From positions 6,285 through 70,284 of the forward strand of contig JAFAFW010000066.1 of assembly GCA_023423275.1 (NCBI GenBank): a stretch of 64,000 nucleotides of DNA, written 5' to 3'. Shown in pieces: positions 38,239 to 47,941 of the stretch; position 1 is the stretch's first letter; each line of letters begins with the position of its first letter. The translations under genes were made by a program, and so were the position numbers. The stretch is from Pseudomonadota bacterium. Its GTDB lineage: Bacteria > Pseudomonadota > Alphaproteobacteria > Rhizobiales > Hyphomicrobiaceae. The notes beneath the pieces were generated by a model that worked only from the letters and a program-made list of their open reading frames with translations, had not been told where the DNA came from and made no database searches.

Positions 38239-39534
38239 TTACGAGGACGGCGCATCGAGCTTACGCGTCAGGTTCTCGAACTCCTTGCGCAGCTCCTCGT
38301 TCCTGAAGATCTGCTCGAAGGTCGGAGCCTCCAGTTTCTGGATGGCCTCGAAGGAGGTCGAGCTGTCGCGCATCAGGTTTCGGAGCTGGAAGCTGGCCTC
38401 GACCGTCTCATAGGTATTATCCGCGATGCGCAGATCATGAGCAGCACGCTTGCGTGCCGAGGCGATCTGCTCGCGCTGTTGCATGAGATAGCGGCGATAG
38501 CCTTTCGAGGCCTCTTCGGCCAGCTTCTGGCTTTCGCGGTTGGCTTCCAGCGTGCGTCGTTGATCGGCGCGGTTTTCCGCGCGCAGCAACTCGGCCGTCT
38601 TGCGCTTCGCAGCGTCGATGTCCTTGGTGATGGCGTCGAGCTTCGGCAGGTAGTTGGTGTCGATCTTTGCGATCAACGTGTCCTGCGCGTGCACCAGCAT
38701 GGCGAACAGGGCCGCATGCATTGCGAAATACTTGCGCGCCGCGTTCATGTTGTCGCCGGATGAGCTTAGCAGCTTGGCAAGTTGGGCATCGATCAACTTG
38801 GCGGAATTGAAGATCGCGGCCAGCCGCACGAGATCTCCCGACAAAACGCCATCGAGCAGCAGGTCGATCTGCTCCGGCGTCAGCTCGATGCCGGAGCTGG
38901 CCAGCGCCTTGCTGATGTCGGCCTTTGCCGCCGTGATCGCGTTCCTGTTCTCCTCGATGCGCTTCTTGGAGTCCTCGATATCCCGGCCGAGGCTGTCCAC
39001 CGTGTCGGACAGCACGCCCGGCAGCAGGGAATCCTGGGGAGCGACGAGCTGCTTTTCCTTGAGCTTGACGATGCGATCTTCCAGATCGCGGATGTTCTTG
39101 CGCAGGTTCTCGACGCGACGCTGCACGTCCACCACGGGCACATCCGTGACGATACCGAGCGCTGCATCCAGCAGATCGCGGATCTTGCGCTCGCGATCCT
39201 CGCGCGTCTCGGTCCACAAGGGGGTGACGACATAGTCATTCTTCGAGGGGAGATCTCTCGCCTCGCCGCGATTGCGGGCAGTATCCTGCAGAACGGCGTC
39301 GATCGCCTGCATGAGGCGCCGCGCCTGCTCAAAATGAGCATCGCCATCGCGGGCGTCTTTGGGTTCTTCCTTTGCCACCACTTTCGGACCGGCAGCCGGC
39401 TTGCCTTCACGCGCAAGCAGATCGGAGATGCTGTCCCTGCGGCTTGTCTGAGCCTCCGCGTCCGCTGCCCCGAGCGCGAGCCCGCCCGCGGTCAACGCGA
39501 GCGCCCAGGTGGCAGCTTGCAACGTGGTCGCCAT
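38239..39534 (-). CDS. Secreted alpha-helical/coiled-coil hypothetical protein
   Basis: 431 aa; GGAGG upstream; signal peptide ending AEA; long heptad-like stretches. Confidence 0.8.
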   Translation of the reverse strand: MATTLQAATWALALTAGGLALGAADAEAQTSRRDSISDLLAREGKPAAGPKVVAKEEPKDARDGDAHFEQARRLMQAIDAVLQDTARNRGEARDLPSKNDYVVTPLWTETREDRERKIRDLLDAALGIVTDVPVVDVQRRVENLRKNIRDLEDRIVKLKEKQLVAPQDSLLPGVLSDTVDSLGRDIEDSKKRIEENRNAITAAKADISKALASSGIELTPEQIDLLLDGVLSGDLVRLAAIFNSAKLIDAQLAKLLSSSGDNMNAARKYFAMHAALFAMLVHAQDTLIAKIDTNYLPKLDAITKDIDAAKRKTAELLRAENRADQRRTLEANRESQKLAEEASKGYRRYLMQQREQIASARKRAAHDLRIADNTYETVEASFQLRNLMRDSSTSFEAIQKLEAPTFEQIFRNEELRKEFENLTRKLDAPSS

Positions 39535-39733
39535 GATTCACACCCTCCAGGGCTCCACTTTGGCCGATAAATTCCGGCAAATCGATGAAGAAGCCCGCTG
39601 GTGAATGAAGTGTATACGGGAAAGATGTTTCGCAATGCCTGCAACACGGACTTTTCGCATTGCCGCTGGCGAAAACCGGGTTCGACGTGTCATGCTCGCA
39701 GTCAGCCGTATCCAATCTTAACGAGTGCTGAAC

Positions 39734-40174
39734 ATGTTCCAGCCGCTCGATCCCGACTATGAGGCGCGCGTGCGTGCGAGCTTCGCACGACAGGCGTTCA
39801 TGTCGACACTCGGAGTGAGTATTGCGCATCTGGCGCCAGGGGAGGTTGATCTCGCCCTCCCGCATCGTCCTGATCTCAGCCAGCAGCACGGATACTTCCA
39901 TGCCGGCGTCACAGCCACCATCGCCGATTCTGCGGCGGGCTATGCGGCGCTGTCCCTTTATCCGAAGGGCACCGGCGTGCTGACGACGGAATTCAAGATC
40001 AATCTGCTGCGGCCAGCGGAAGGGCACAGGCTGGTGGCGCGGGGACGGGTCATCAAGCCGGGACGCACGCTGACGATCTGCCGCTCGGATGTCTACGGCG
40101 AACGCGATGGCAAGGAGATGCACGTGGCGACCCTGCTGCTGTCGATGATCTGCCTGGAGGGCCTGGCGGACTAG
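39734..40174 (+). CDS. PaaI-family thioesterase
   Basis: QQHGYFHAG, DSAAG and EFKINLLRPA motifs. Confidence 0.9.
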   Translation: MFQPLDPDYEARVRASFARQAFMSTLGVSIAHLAPGEVDLALPHRPDLSQQHGYFHAGVTATIADSAAGYAALSLYPKGTGVLTTEFKINLLRPAEGHRLVARGRVIKPGRTLTICRSDVYGERDGKEMHVATLLLSMICLEGLAD

Positions 40175-40276
40175 GGGCGCATAGAACCCGCGCAGAGCTG
40201 ACCACCCAATCGCGCAGTCGCCAGAACGAAGAAATATCGTCTAAGCTGTCGGGAAGAAACGTCCGAGGGATTGCCC

Positions 40277-41218
40277 ATGTCTGACCGCGCCAACCAGCGT
40301 GTCGCCTATTTCAACGGCCGCTACGTTCCCGAAGTCGAAGTCCGTGTGCCCTATCGCGACCGCAGCTTCATCTACGGTGACGGCTGTTTCGACATGACGC
40401 GCACCTTCAACGGCCGCCCGTTCAAGGTCAAAGAGCACATCGACCGTTTCTACCGTTCGATGGCCTATCTGCGGATCGACATCGGCGTGGCGCCCGAGGA
40501 GATGATCGAGATCACGCACGAGGTCATCCGGCGCAATGCGCATCTCCTCGCCAAGGGTGACGACTATTGGGTCGGACAGAGAGTTTCGCGTGGCGTGCGC
40601 GCCGTGGGCGACGAGGGATGGGACCATACCGGTCCGAATGTCGTCGTCGATTGCACGCCGCTGCCGTTTGCAAAGCGGGCTGCCCACTATAGCGAGGGGA
40701 TACGCGTGATTGTGCCGTCGGTGCGGCGCACGCCACCGGGCTCGCTCAGTCCGCGTGTAAAAACGCACAACTACCTCAACATGATCGTCGGGGAGTTGGA
40801 GGCGCACGCCCAGGATCCCGACTCCTGGGCAGTCCTTCTCGATGAAAAAGGCAGTCTGGCGGAAGGCATCGGGTCCAACATCTTCGTCGTCAAGGATGGG
40901 TGTCTCCTGACGCCGCACGGCCGGAACGTGCTCGAGGGCGTCAGCCGGGAAACGGTGTTCGAGCTGGCGCGCGGACTTTCCATTCCCGTGGAAGAGCGCG
41001 ATCTCGATCTCTATGACGCCTATACGGCCGATGAGGTGTTCCTGACATCCACCAGCCTGTGCATCTGCGGTGTGTCGCAGGTCAATGGCGCTCCGATCGC
41101 GGGCGGCAAGGCGCCTGGGCCGATCACCAAGAAGCTGCTCGACGCCTACTCCGATCTCGTCGGCTGCGATATCCCAGGACAGTATCTGGCAAGAGTGGGC
41201 CAGTCGGCGCTCGCCTGA
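40277..41218 (+). CDS. Class IV PLP aminotransferase (branched-chain/D-amino acid type)
   Basis: YGDGCF, HIDR, KTHNY, EGIGSNIF, LEGVSR and ADEVFLTST motifs. Confidence 0.9.
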   Translation: MSDRANQRVAYFNGRYVPEVEVRVPYRDRSFIYGDGCFDMTRTFNGRPFKVKEHIDRFYRSMAYLRIDIGVAPEEMIEITHEVIRRNAHLLAKGDDYWVGQRVSRGVRAVGDEGWDHTGPNVVVDCTPLPFAKRAAHYSEGIRVIVPSVRRTPPGSLSPRVKTHNYLNMIVGELEAHAQDPDSWAVLLDEKGSLAEGIGSNIFVVKDGCLLTPHGRNVLEGVSRETVFELARGLSIPVEERDLDLYDAYTADEVFLTSTSLCICGVSQVNGAPIAGGKAPGPITKKLLDAYSDLVGCDIPGQYLARVGQSALA

Positions 41219-41236
41219 TTCTATGGGAATTATTGC

Positions 41237-42439
41237 ATGTCCGTGCCGACGCAGACCGGCTTGAGGGCTTCCCCGGTCGTCTTCCTGATGACGCTCGCGT
41301 TCATCAACTGGATCGGTTTCGCCGGTTGGTCGGCGGTGCTGCACAACTTCACGATCGAGCGCGTCGGCTTCGGTTGGTTCGAGACCGGATTGACGCAGAC
41401 TGTGCGGGAAATCCCAGGTTTTCTCGCCTTCACTGCAATTTTCTGGATCGCCTGGTTTCGCGAGCAGACGATCGCTTTTGTGAGCTTGCTGGTGCTCGGG
41501 CTCGGCGTTGCGCTGACTGGTGCGTTACCGACTGTCACCGGAGTGTTGATCTCGACCTTCGTGATGTCGGTCGGTTTCCACTACTTCGAGACCATCAATC
41601 AGTCGCTGCAATTGCAGCTCCTGCCCAAGGCGCACGCGGCCCATTTGATGGGACGCATCACATCAGCCGGGGCGGTTGCACAGTTCCTGGCTTATGGTGG
41701 CATTGCCGCGGCATGGTGGGCGGGCTGGCATGCCTATTTCGAGATCTACGTCACGATTGGTCTGTGCTGCTTGATCATGACGGCGATCGCTTTCGCCTCT
41801 TTCGGCCGGTTCGAGGGCGCAGTGCCGCAGCGCAAGACTTTGGTGCTGAGGCAGCGGTACTGGTTGTACTACGCGGTCGTTTTCATGAGCGGCGCGCGCC
41901 GCCAGATCTTCGTTGCCTTCGGCGGCTTCCTGCTGGTCAAGAAGTTCGGCTACTCGCTGGCCGACATGGCCTTGCTGATGCTCGTGACGTCGGCCTCGAC
42001 CACATTCCTGGCGCCGCAGATCGGCCGTATCGTCGGGCGGATCGGCGAGCGCAACACCATGCTGTTCGAGAATATCGTGCTGATCATCGTGTTCGCCGGG
42101 TATGCGACCACCGGCAGTGCGCTCATTGCAGGGCTGTTGTTTGTCGTCGACGGCATCTTCTTCCCCCTGTCGATCGCTCAGCGGACCTACTTCCAGAAAA
42201 TCGCAGATCCGGGAGACATGGCGGCGACCTCATCCGTGTCGTTTACGATCAGCCACATCGCGGCGGTGGTTATTCCCGTCACGTTCGGCTTGTTGGGCAT
42301 GGGCAATCCGGCCATCATTTTCTGGCTGGGCGTGGCGATCGCGACGACGTCTCTCGGCTTGGCCATGCTGGTCCCGCGGCATCCCAGTGCCGGAAACGAG
42401 ACCGTGTTGCGGGCAGCGGCGCCCCAGCCGGCGGCCTGA
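41237..42439 (+). CDS. MFS transporter
   Basis: About 12 TM segments; REIPG and GRIGER motifs. Confidence 0.88.
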   Translation: MSVPTQTGLRASPVVFLMTLAFINWIGFAGWSAVLHNFTIERVGFGWFETGLTQTVREIPGFLAFTAIFWIAWFREQTIAFVSLLVLGLGVALTGALPTVTGVLISTFVMSVGFHYFETINQSLQLQLLPKAHAAHLMGRITSAGAVAQFLAYGGIAAAWWAGWHAYFEIYVTIGLCCLIMTAIAFASFGRFEGAVPQRKTLVLRQRYWLYYAVVFMSGARRQIFVAFGGFLLVKKFGYSLADMALLMLVTSASTTFLAPQIGRIVGRIGERNTMLFENIVLIIVFAGYATTGSALIAGLLFVVDGIFFPLSIAQRTYFQKIADPGDMAATSSVSFTISHIAAVVIPVTFGLLGMGNPAIIFWLGVAIATTSLGLAMLVPRHPSAGNETVLRAAAPQPAA

Positions 42440-42526
42440 GCGAGCGACGAATACGTGAGAGAGCCACCGAAAATGGCCGCGGCCTGGCGACCTCAGGATC
42501 GTGGCTGCACACGTATGTGTCTTGAA

Positions 42527-42547
42527 AAATTAGAATCATTCTAATTT
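42527..42547. promoter_or_regulatory. Iron control element (Irr/ICE box) upstream of mbfA
   Basis: Palindrome AAATTAGAA-TCA-TTCTAATTT, close to the consensus TTTAGAA-N3-TTCTAAA. Confidence 0.88.
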
Positions 42548-42578
42548 AATGCCTCCGCGAACGTACACGGAGGTCAAG

Positions 42579-43535
42579 GTGCGACGGTTTTCGGAGCTGA
42601 CGGAACAGGAAATCCTGGCGCTGGCGATTTCACTCGAAGAGGAGCACGGCCGGATCTACGCCGAGTATGCCCACGCTTTCGCCGACAACTTCCCCGCGTC
42701 AGCCAAACTGTTTGCCGAAATGTCCGGGGAGGAGGACACGCATCGTCGCTGGCTTATCGAGCTGTTCCAGGCAAAGTTCGGCGAGCATATCCCGCTCGTT
42801 CGCGCTCAGGATGTGCGGGGCTTCGTGAGACATCAGCCGATCTGGCTGATGCGTCCGTTGGGTCTGGAGAAAGTTCGCGCCCAGGCAGAAGCCATCGAGC
42901 ACGAGACGAGCGCATTCTATGAGCGCGCCCTGGAACGCACGTCCGACGCGTCCATCCGAAGGCTGCTCGGAGATCTCGCAGCCGCGGAGCGTCAGCATGC
43001 AGCATTGGCCCGGCAGCTCGGTGAGACGCACCTGACGGACGACGCCAAGGCGCGGGAGGCTGAGGAGGAACGGCGTACGCTCCTTCTGCAAGTCATCCAG
43101 CCGGGGCTGGCTGGACTGATGGACGGGTCGGTTTCCACTCTGGCACCGCTGTTTGCAGCGGCCTTCGCGACGCACAGCACGTGGGAGACGTTCCTGGTCG
43201 GCATGGCGGCCTCGGTCGGCGCTGGCATTTCCATGGGCTTCGCCGAAGCCCTCTCCGACGACGGAGCGATGACCGGCCGCGGACGGCCTTGGATCCGCGG
43301 TACGATCACCGGCGTGATGACCACCTTGGGCGGCGTCGGACATACGCTGCCCTACCTTCTGACCGACTTCTGGATGGCGACCTCGCTGGCCATCTTCATC
43401 GTCATCGTCGAGTTGTGGGCAATCGCCTGGATCCGGGCGCGCTACATGGATACGAAGTTCCTGCGCGCCGCCTTCGAGGTGGTTATCGGCGGCCTTATCG
43501 TGTTCGCGGCGGGCGTCGCGATCGGCAGTGCGTAG
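42579..43535 (+). CDS. mbfA: Iron exporter MbfA (ferritin-like plus VIT1/CCC1 domain)
   Basis: ILALAISLEEE, ExxH motifs, QPGLAGLMDGSVSTLAP; GTG after GGAGG. Confidence 0.93.
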   Translation: MRRFSELTEQEILALAISLEEEHGRIYAEYAHAFADNFPASAKLFAEMSGEEDTHRRWLIELFQAKFGEHIPLVRAQDVRGFVRHQPIWLMRPLGLEKVRAQAEAIEHETSAFYERALERTSDASIRRLLGDLAAAERQHAALARQLGETHLTDDAKAREAEEERRTLLLQVIQPGLAGLMDGSVSTLAPLFAAAFATHSTWETFLVGMAASVGAGISMGFAEALSDDGAMTGRGRPWIRGTITGVMTTLGGVGHTLPYLLTDFWMATSLAIFIVIVELWAIAWIRARYMDTKFLRAAFEVVIGGLIVFAAGVAIGSA

Positions 43536-43690
43536 GCGGAGTGCTGAGCGTGATGAAAGCGCGACAATCGATAAGTTTTTCCTTGAACACTGATCAATAG
43601 GGCGAAAATCGCATAAAAAGGGAAATTTTGGTTTACGATCTTCTCTAAATTCCCGTGATTTTCGCACTCTGAGTCCGCAAGTCTCGCAGT

Positions 43691-44248
43691 ATGGACAGAG
43701 ATATAGATATTGGCCGGGATCAGCCGTCTTCAGCCTTTGCGATCCGGCTGAAGCAGCTCCGTGTGTTGCGTGGGTATCGGACTGCGCGTTCGTTCGCGCA
43801 GGCGCTCGAGATCGACGAGAACCGCTATACCCGGTGGGAGCGCGGCGAGGTCGAGCCAAGCGTCGCCATGCTTGGCAAGATGGCCGATATGCTGAACGTC
43901 CCGGTCGACATGCTGGTCAGCGGCGGTGACGTCGCCGCGAACCTGACGCCGTCCCTCGCGGTTCGCGATCAGGTGGCGGGCGCTCAAGGCGGTGCCGCCG
44001 CGGGCCGGGGGCCGGCTGCGGGGTTCCACGAGGAGACCAGCCGGTTCTCGTTCGACAAGTCGCCGCAGGAGCTCAGCCAGAATTTGCTGCTTGCCTCGCG
44101 CGTGCACCTGATGAGCTTGTTGGAGCGGCGGGTCGCGACGTTCACTCAGGCTGAGATCGATGCGCTGATCGCCAGGCTGACGGCTGAGCTTCCGGGCAAC
44201 TCTCCAGGCAGCCTGGAAGGGCTATTCGGCGGCCGGTCGGACAAATAG
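43691..44248 (+). CDS. XRE-family HTH regulator with unknown C-terminal region
   Basis: RLKQLR...FAQALEI...YTRWERGEVEPS HTH. Confidence 0.85.
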   Translation: MDRDIDIGRDQPSSAFAIRLKQLRVLRGYRTARSFAQALEIDENRYTRWERGEVEPSVAMLGKMADMLNVPVDMLVSGGDVAANLTPSLAVRDQVAGAQGGAAAGRGPAAGFHEETSRFSFDKSPQELSQNLLLASRVHLMSLLERRVATFTQAEIDALIARLTAELPGNSPGSLEGLFGGRSDK

Positions 44249-44279
44249 CGCGATCGGCGCCGATCCGGCATGACGGAGC

Positions 44280-45797
44280 CTATCCCCGGCTCAGGCCTTT
44301 CTGCTCCAGTTCGCGGAGATAAACCGCCCACCGCTTGTTCTTCTCGCGGCCAAGCTGTTCCAGATAGGACCAGGTAAAGAGGCCGGTGTCGTGACCGTCG
44401 TCGAATACGATCCGGACGGCGTAGTTTCCGACCGGGCGCATCTCTTTGATCTTCACGTTTCGCTTGCGGGCGACTGTGACGCGCTGCTCCGGACTATGGC
44501 CCTGCACCTCGGCTGACGGGCTCATCACGCGCAGCATCTCCGCTGGCAGTTCGTGGCTCTCGCCGCCCTCGAATGTCGCCTTGAGAGCATCGCGGTTGGG
44601 GCTGACATCCAGCCGCGGCGGCTTCAGGCTGCGGCCTGACGCGCTTTCGATTTCTGCCCAGGCCTTGGCCGCGATATCGCGGAAGACCTGCGCATGAAGG
44701 CTGTCCGGGCTGGTCGCGACGATCGGCTGTCCCGAATCCGAGCGCTCTCGGATTTCCATGTGCAGGGGAACGGCGCCCAGGAATGGCAGGCCGAGTTTTT
44801 CCGCCTCGTGCTGCGCGCCGCCATGGCCGAAGATATCGGAACGCTCGCCGCATTTAGGACAGACGAAATAGCTCATGTTCTCGACGATGCCGAGCACCGG
44901 CACATCGACTTTCCGGAACATGTTGAGGCCCTTGCGGGCGTCGATCAGCGCCAGATCCTGCGGCGTCGATACGATGATCGCGCCGGACAGCGGCACTTGC
45001 TGTGCCATCGTGAGCTGCACGTCGCCGGTTCCGGGCGGCATGTCGATGACCATCACATCGAGGTCGCTCCAGGCGACCTCGCGCAGCATCTGGTTGAGCG
45101 CGGAGACGACCATCGGTCCACGCCAGATGATAGGCGTGTCCTCGTCGACCATGAAGCCCATCGACATGACCTCGAGGCCGTAGCCCTGCATGGGTTTCAA
45201 AGTCTTGCCCGAAACGACCTGTGGGCGTCCGGTGAGGCCCAGCAGTCGTGGTTGTGAGGGTCCGTAGATGTCGGCATCGAGAATGCCAGCCTTGAGCCCG
45301 ATGGCCTGGAAGCCGAGTGCGAGATTGACGGCAGTCGTCGACTTGCCAACTCCGCCTTTGCCGGATGCGACCGCAATCAAGTGCTTCACGCCGGGAACGC
45401 CGGTCATCGGCCGGCCGCCGCCGGCCTGCGGCGCTTGCCCGCTCCTGCCACTCGCGGCAGCGGCTGCCTGTGCCCTGGCTTGCTGGACACGGGGATGCTC
45501 GGCGACGTTTGCGCTACCGCTGTTCTTTGCGGGTGCTGCAGCGCCGCCGCGCGTTTCCGCGGTCAAGACGGCCGTGACGCCGGAGACACCCGCGATTTTA
45601 CTGACGACCTGCTCAGCCGCCTGGCGTAACGGTTCGAGATCCTGCGCGCGTTCGGCCGGAACCGTGATCGAGAAATACACCCGCTCATCCTTGATCAGGA
45701 TTTCCGACACCAGGCCGAGCTCGACGATGTTTCCTTCCAGATCTGGGCCTTTGACGCGGCGCAGTTCGTCGAGAACCTGCGTCTTGGTAACCGGCAT
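44280..45797 (-). CDS. apbC: Mrp/ApbC Fe-S carrier ATPase fused to C-terminal DUF971
   Basis: N-terminal DUF59-like domain; SGKGGVGKS, DMPPGTGD and CPKC; then LRVMSPSAEVQGH...GNYAVRIVFDDGHDTG in one frame. Confidence 0.9.
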   Translation of the reverse strand: MPVTKTQVLDELRRVKGPDLEGNIVELGLVSEILIKDERVYFSITVPAERAQDLEPLRQAAEQVVSKIAGVSGVTAVLTAETRGGAAAPAKNSGSANVAEHPRVQQARAQAAAAASGRSGQAPQAGGGRPMTGVPGVKHLIAVASGKGGVGKSTTAVNLALGFQAIGLKAGILDADIYGPSQPRLLGLTGRPQVVSGKTLKPMQGYGLEVMSMGFMVDEDTPIIWRGPMVVSALNQMLREVAWSDLDVMVIDMPPGTGDVQLTMAQQVPLSGAIIVSTPQDLALIDARKGLNMFRKVDVPVLGIVENMSYFVCPKCGERSDIFGHGGAQHEAEKLGLPFLGAVPLHMEIRERSDSGQPIVATSPDSLHAQVFRDIAAKAWAEIESASGRSLKPPRLDVSPNRDALKATFEGGESHELPAEMLRVMSPSAEVQGHSPEQRVTVARKRNVKIKEMRPVGNYAVRIVFDDGHDTGLFTWSYLEQLGREKNKRWAVYLRELEQKGLSRG

Positions 45798-45990
45798 CGA
45801 TGGGTCTCCCAAAGAATTTGCGGCCGAGAGCAGCGCGCGTTTCATGTTTGCTTGTATTGTGACAGGCTGGCGGTGCGAAGTCACGGCTACCCAACTTTGC
45901 CGAACAGTTGGGCGGCCCCTCAGCGCCGCGGCAAGGTCTATATTGACTGGCGGAGCGGGTTGCGATGGTCTTCGTAGGACACAGCGAGAT

Positions 45991-46635
45991 ATGACGGTCG
46001 ATCCGGCCACTCTGGTGACAGGCGTTCTGCTGGCGGGCGGGCAGTCCCGTCGCATGGGGGGCGGTGACAAAGCCCTGTGCGATCTGGCCGGCCGGCCGAT
46101 GCTTGCGCACGTGATCGAACGGCTGTCTCCGCAGGTTGGCAGGCTGGTGCTCAATGCCAATGGAAATCCCGTGCGTTTCGCGGATTTCGGGCTCACCATC
46201 ATTGCCGACCGGGATGAGACGTCCGCGGGGCCGCTCGCGGGGCTGCTCGCTGCTCTCCGGTGGACTCAAATCGAAACCCCGCAGGCGCGCTGGGTTCTGA
46301 CAGCGTCGTCGGACGCTCCGTTCCTGCCGCTCGATCTCGTGCTTCGCCTTGTGGAATCGGCCTCGGCCTCGGCGGATTCCGTAGCATTCGCCGCGTCGGG
46401 CGGCCGTGCGCATCCCGTGATCGGGCTTTGGCCGGTGGATCTCGCCGATGACCTGGAGCGCCAGTTCGATGCTGGGATGCGCAAGATGCTGGACTGGGCC
46501 CAATGCCATGCTAGCGTCGCGGTCGAGTTTCCCTTCATGCGCTTCCATGGCCGGATGATCGACCCGTTTTTCAATGTGAATACGCCCGAAGAGCTCGCCG
46601 AAGCGCGCGCGCTGATCGAGAGCAGGGCCCAATGA
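45991..46635 (+). CDS. mobA: Molybdenum cofactor guanylyltransferase
   Basis: LAGGQSRRMGG.DK, GPLAG and FFNVNTPEEL motifs. Confidence 0.95.
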   Translation: MTVDPATLVTGVLLAGGQSRRMGGGDKALCDLAGRPMLAHVIERLSPQVGRLVLNANGNPVRFADFGLTIIADRDETSAGPLAGLLAALRWTQIETPQARWVLTASSDAPFLPLDLVLRLVESASASADSVAFAASGGRAHPVIGLWPVDLADDLERQFDAGMRKMLDWAQCHASVAVEFPFMRFHGRMIDPFFNVNTPEELAEARALIESRAQ

Positions 46636-47177
46636 GCGGCCCCCAGCGATCGGCTGAGATACCCATCGTCGGCATTGCCGGCTGGAAGAACGCGGGCAAG
46701 ACGACCCTCGTCGTGCGGCTGGTGGAGGAATTCACACGTCGCGGCTTCAAGGTCGCGACCGTCAAGCATTCACATCACGCGATCGATATCGACAACGGCG
46801 AAGCCGACAGCGCGCGGCATCGGCGGGCGGGCGCAGCGCAGACTGCCGTTGTCTCACCTCATCGCTGGGTGCTGATCCACGACGTAGGTGATGCGCGGGA
46901 GCCGTCGCTCGACGAGGTGGTCGGCCATTTTGACGGATGCGACCTCATCATCGTTGAAGGCTACAAATCGGCGGCCATTCCGAAAATCGAGGTGCGCCGT
47001 CAGGAGACGAAGACACGACAGCCGTTAGCCGACAGCGATCCGATGGTGATCGCGATCGCAGCGGATCACCCCATCGATGATGCCAAGGTTCCGGTTTTCA
47101 TGCTCGATGACGTTGCCGGAATAGCAGACCACCTGATGCGAGCGATCGGACCATTGGGAGAGCCGGCGTGTCCCTGA
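46632..47177 (+). CDS. mobB: Molybdopterin-guanine dinucleotide biosynthesis protein B
   Basis: GWKNAGKTT, VKHSHH and VEGYK motifs. Confidence 0.95.
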   Translation: MSGPQRSAEIPIVGIAGWKNAGKTTLVVRLVEEFTRRGFKVATVKHSHHAIDIDNGEADSARHRRAGAAQTAVVSPHRWVLIHDVGDAREPSLDEVVGHFDGCDLIIVEGYKSAAIPKIEVRRQETKTRQPLADSDPMVIAIAADHPIDDAKVPVFMLDDVAGIADHLMRAIGPLGEPACP

Positions 47178-47932
47178 TGAGAGCCGTGGGGAGGTGTCTG
47201 GCGCCGGTGTTGACCGCCGTTTGCATGGTTTCGATTTGCATGGTTTCGATGGCGGTCGCCAACAGCAAAGATCCACGGGTGCCCGCAGACCGCGAGACAG
47301 GCGGCATCCCCGTTGCGATCATCTGCACCGGCGTGAACTACACCCTTCCTGAAATTGCCAAGCGCCTGGCGCGTGACGGAGAGGGCGAAATCATCGGCTG
47401 GGATTTCGCCGATGGTGATCATCGGCCCTTCGACACGGCAAGTGGACGCGCGCCCGTCGAGCACGGCGGAGACGGGACGGCGCTGGGTAGTCTGCTGCTG
47501 GCCCAGTCGCCGGACCTGCGGTTGTCGCCGGTGCGCTTCGATCCGCAGAGCCCAGCTTCGCTGGGGCGTGCCTTGGCCTTTGCCGGCCAGACGCACACCC
47601 GTGTCGTTTTGCTGGCCGTCAGCAGCGCGCGGCGTGAGGATTGGGACCTCTTCAAGCGCGCGGCTGAACATTTCCAGCATCTGTTGATCGTCGTGCCCGA
47701 GGCCCGCGGAGAAGCGACCGCATTTCCTGCTTCGCTTGGTTTGGACAACGTCATGGTCGTGCCGTCCAAGGATGTGCAGGCGGTTTCGGCGGTGGGGTTC
47801 GAGGGATCGCCTGTGACGATCGCCCCGGAGATCGCCGCGGCGGTCCGCGTGGCAGCCAAAGCGGCAACCGAGGCCGCGCGCGATCCGAACCTGGACGGAG
47901 CGGCTTTGCGGAAGCTGCTTCAGGCCGAATGA
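47168..47932 (+). CDS. Secreted degenerate subtilisin (S8)-like protein
   Basis: VAIICTGVNY where S8 has D-T-G; GWDFADGD; DGT where S8 has HGT; no GTSMA motif. Confidence 0.65.
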   Translation: MSLMRAVGRCLAPVLTAVCMVSICMVSMAVANSKDPRVPADRETGGIPVAIICTGVNYTLPEIAKRLARDGEGEIIGWDFADGDHRPFDTASGRAPVEHGGDGTALGSLLLAQSPDLRLSPVRFDPQSPASLGRALAFAGQTHTRVVLLAVSSARREDWDLFKRAAEHFQHLLIVVPEARGEATAFPASLGLDNVMVVPSKDVQAVSAVGFEGSPVTIAPEIAAAVRVAAKAATEAARDPNLDGAALRKLLQAE

Positions 47933-47941
47933 AGGCGTTGG

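Noticed and set aside
33486..39534. Possible genomic island integrated at tRNA-Leu
   Set aside because: No integrase, no duplicated tRNA 3' end seen, and composition similar to core genes
41059..42525. 488-aa ORF overlapping the MFS gene
   Set aside because: Alternative frame, Arg-rich; the MFS frame has clear TM topology
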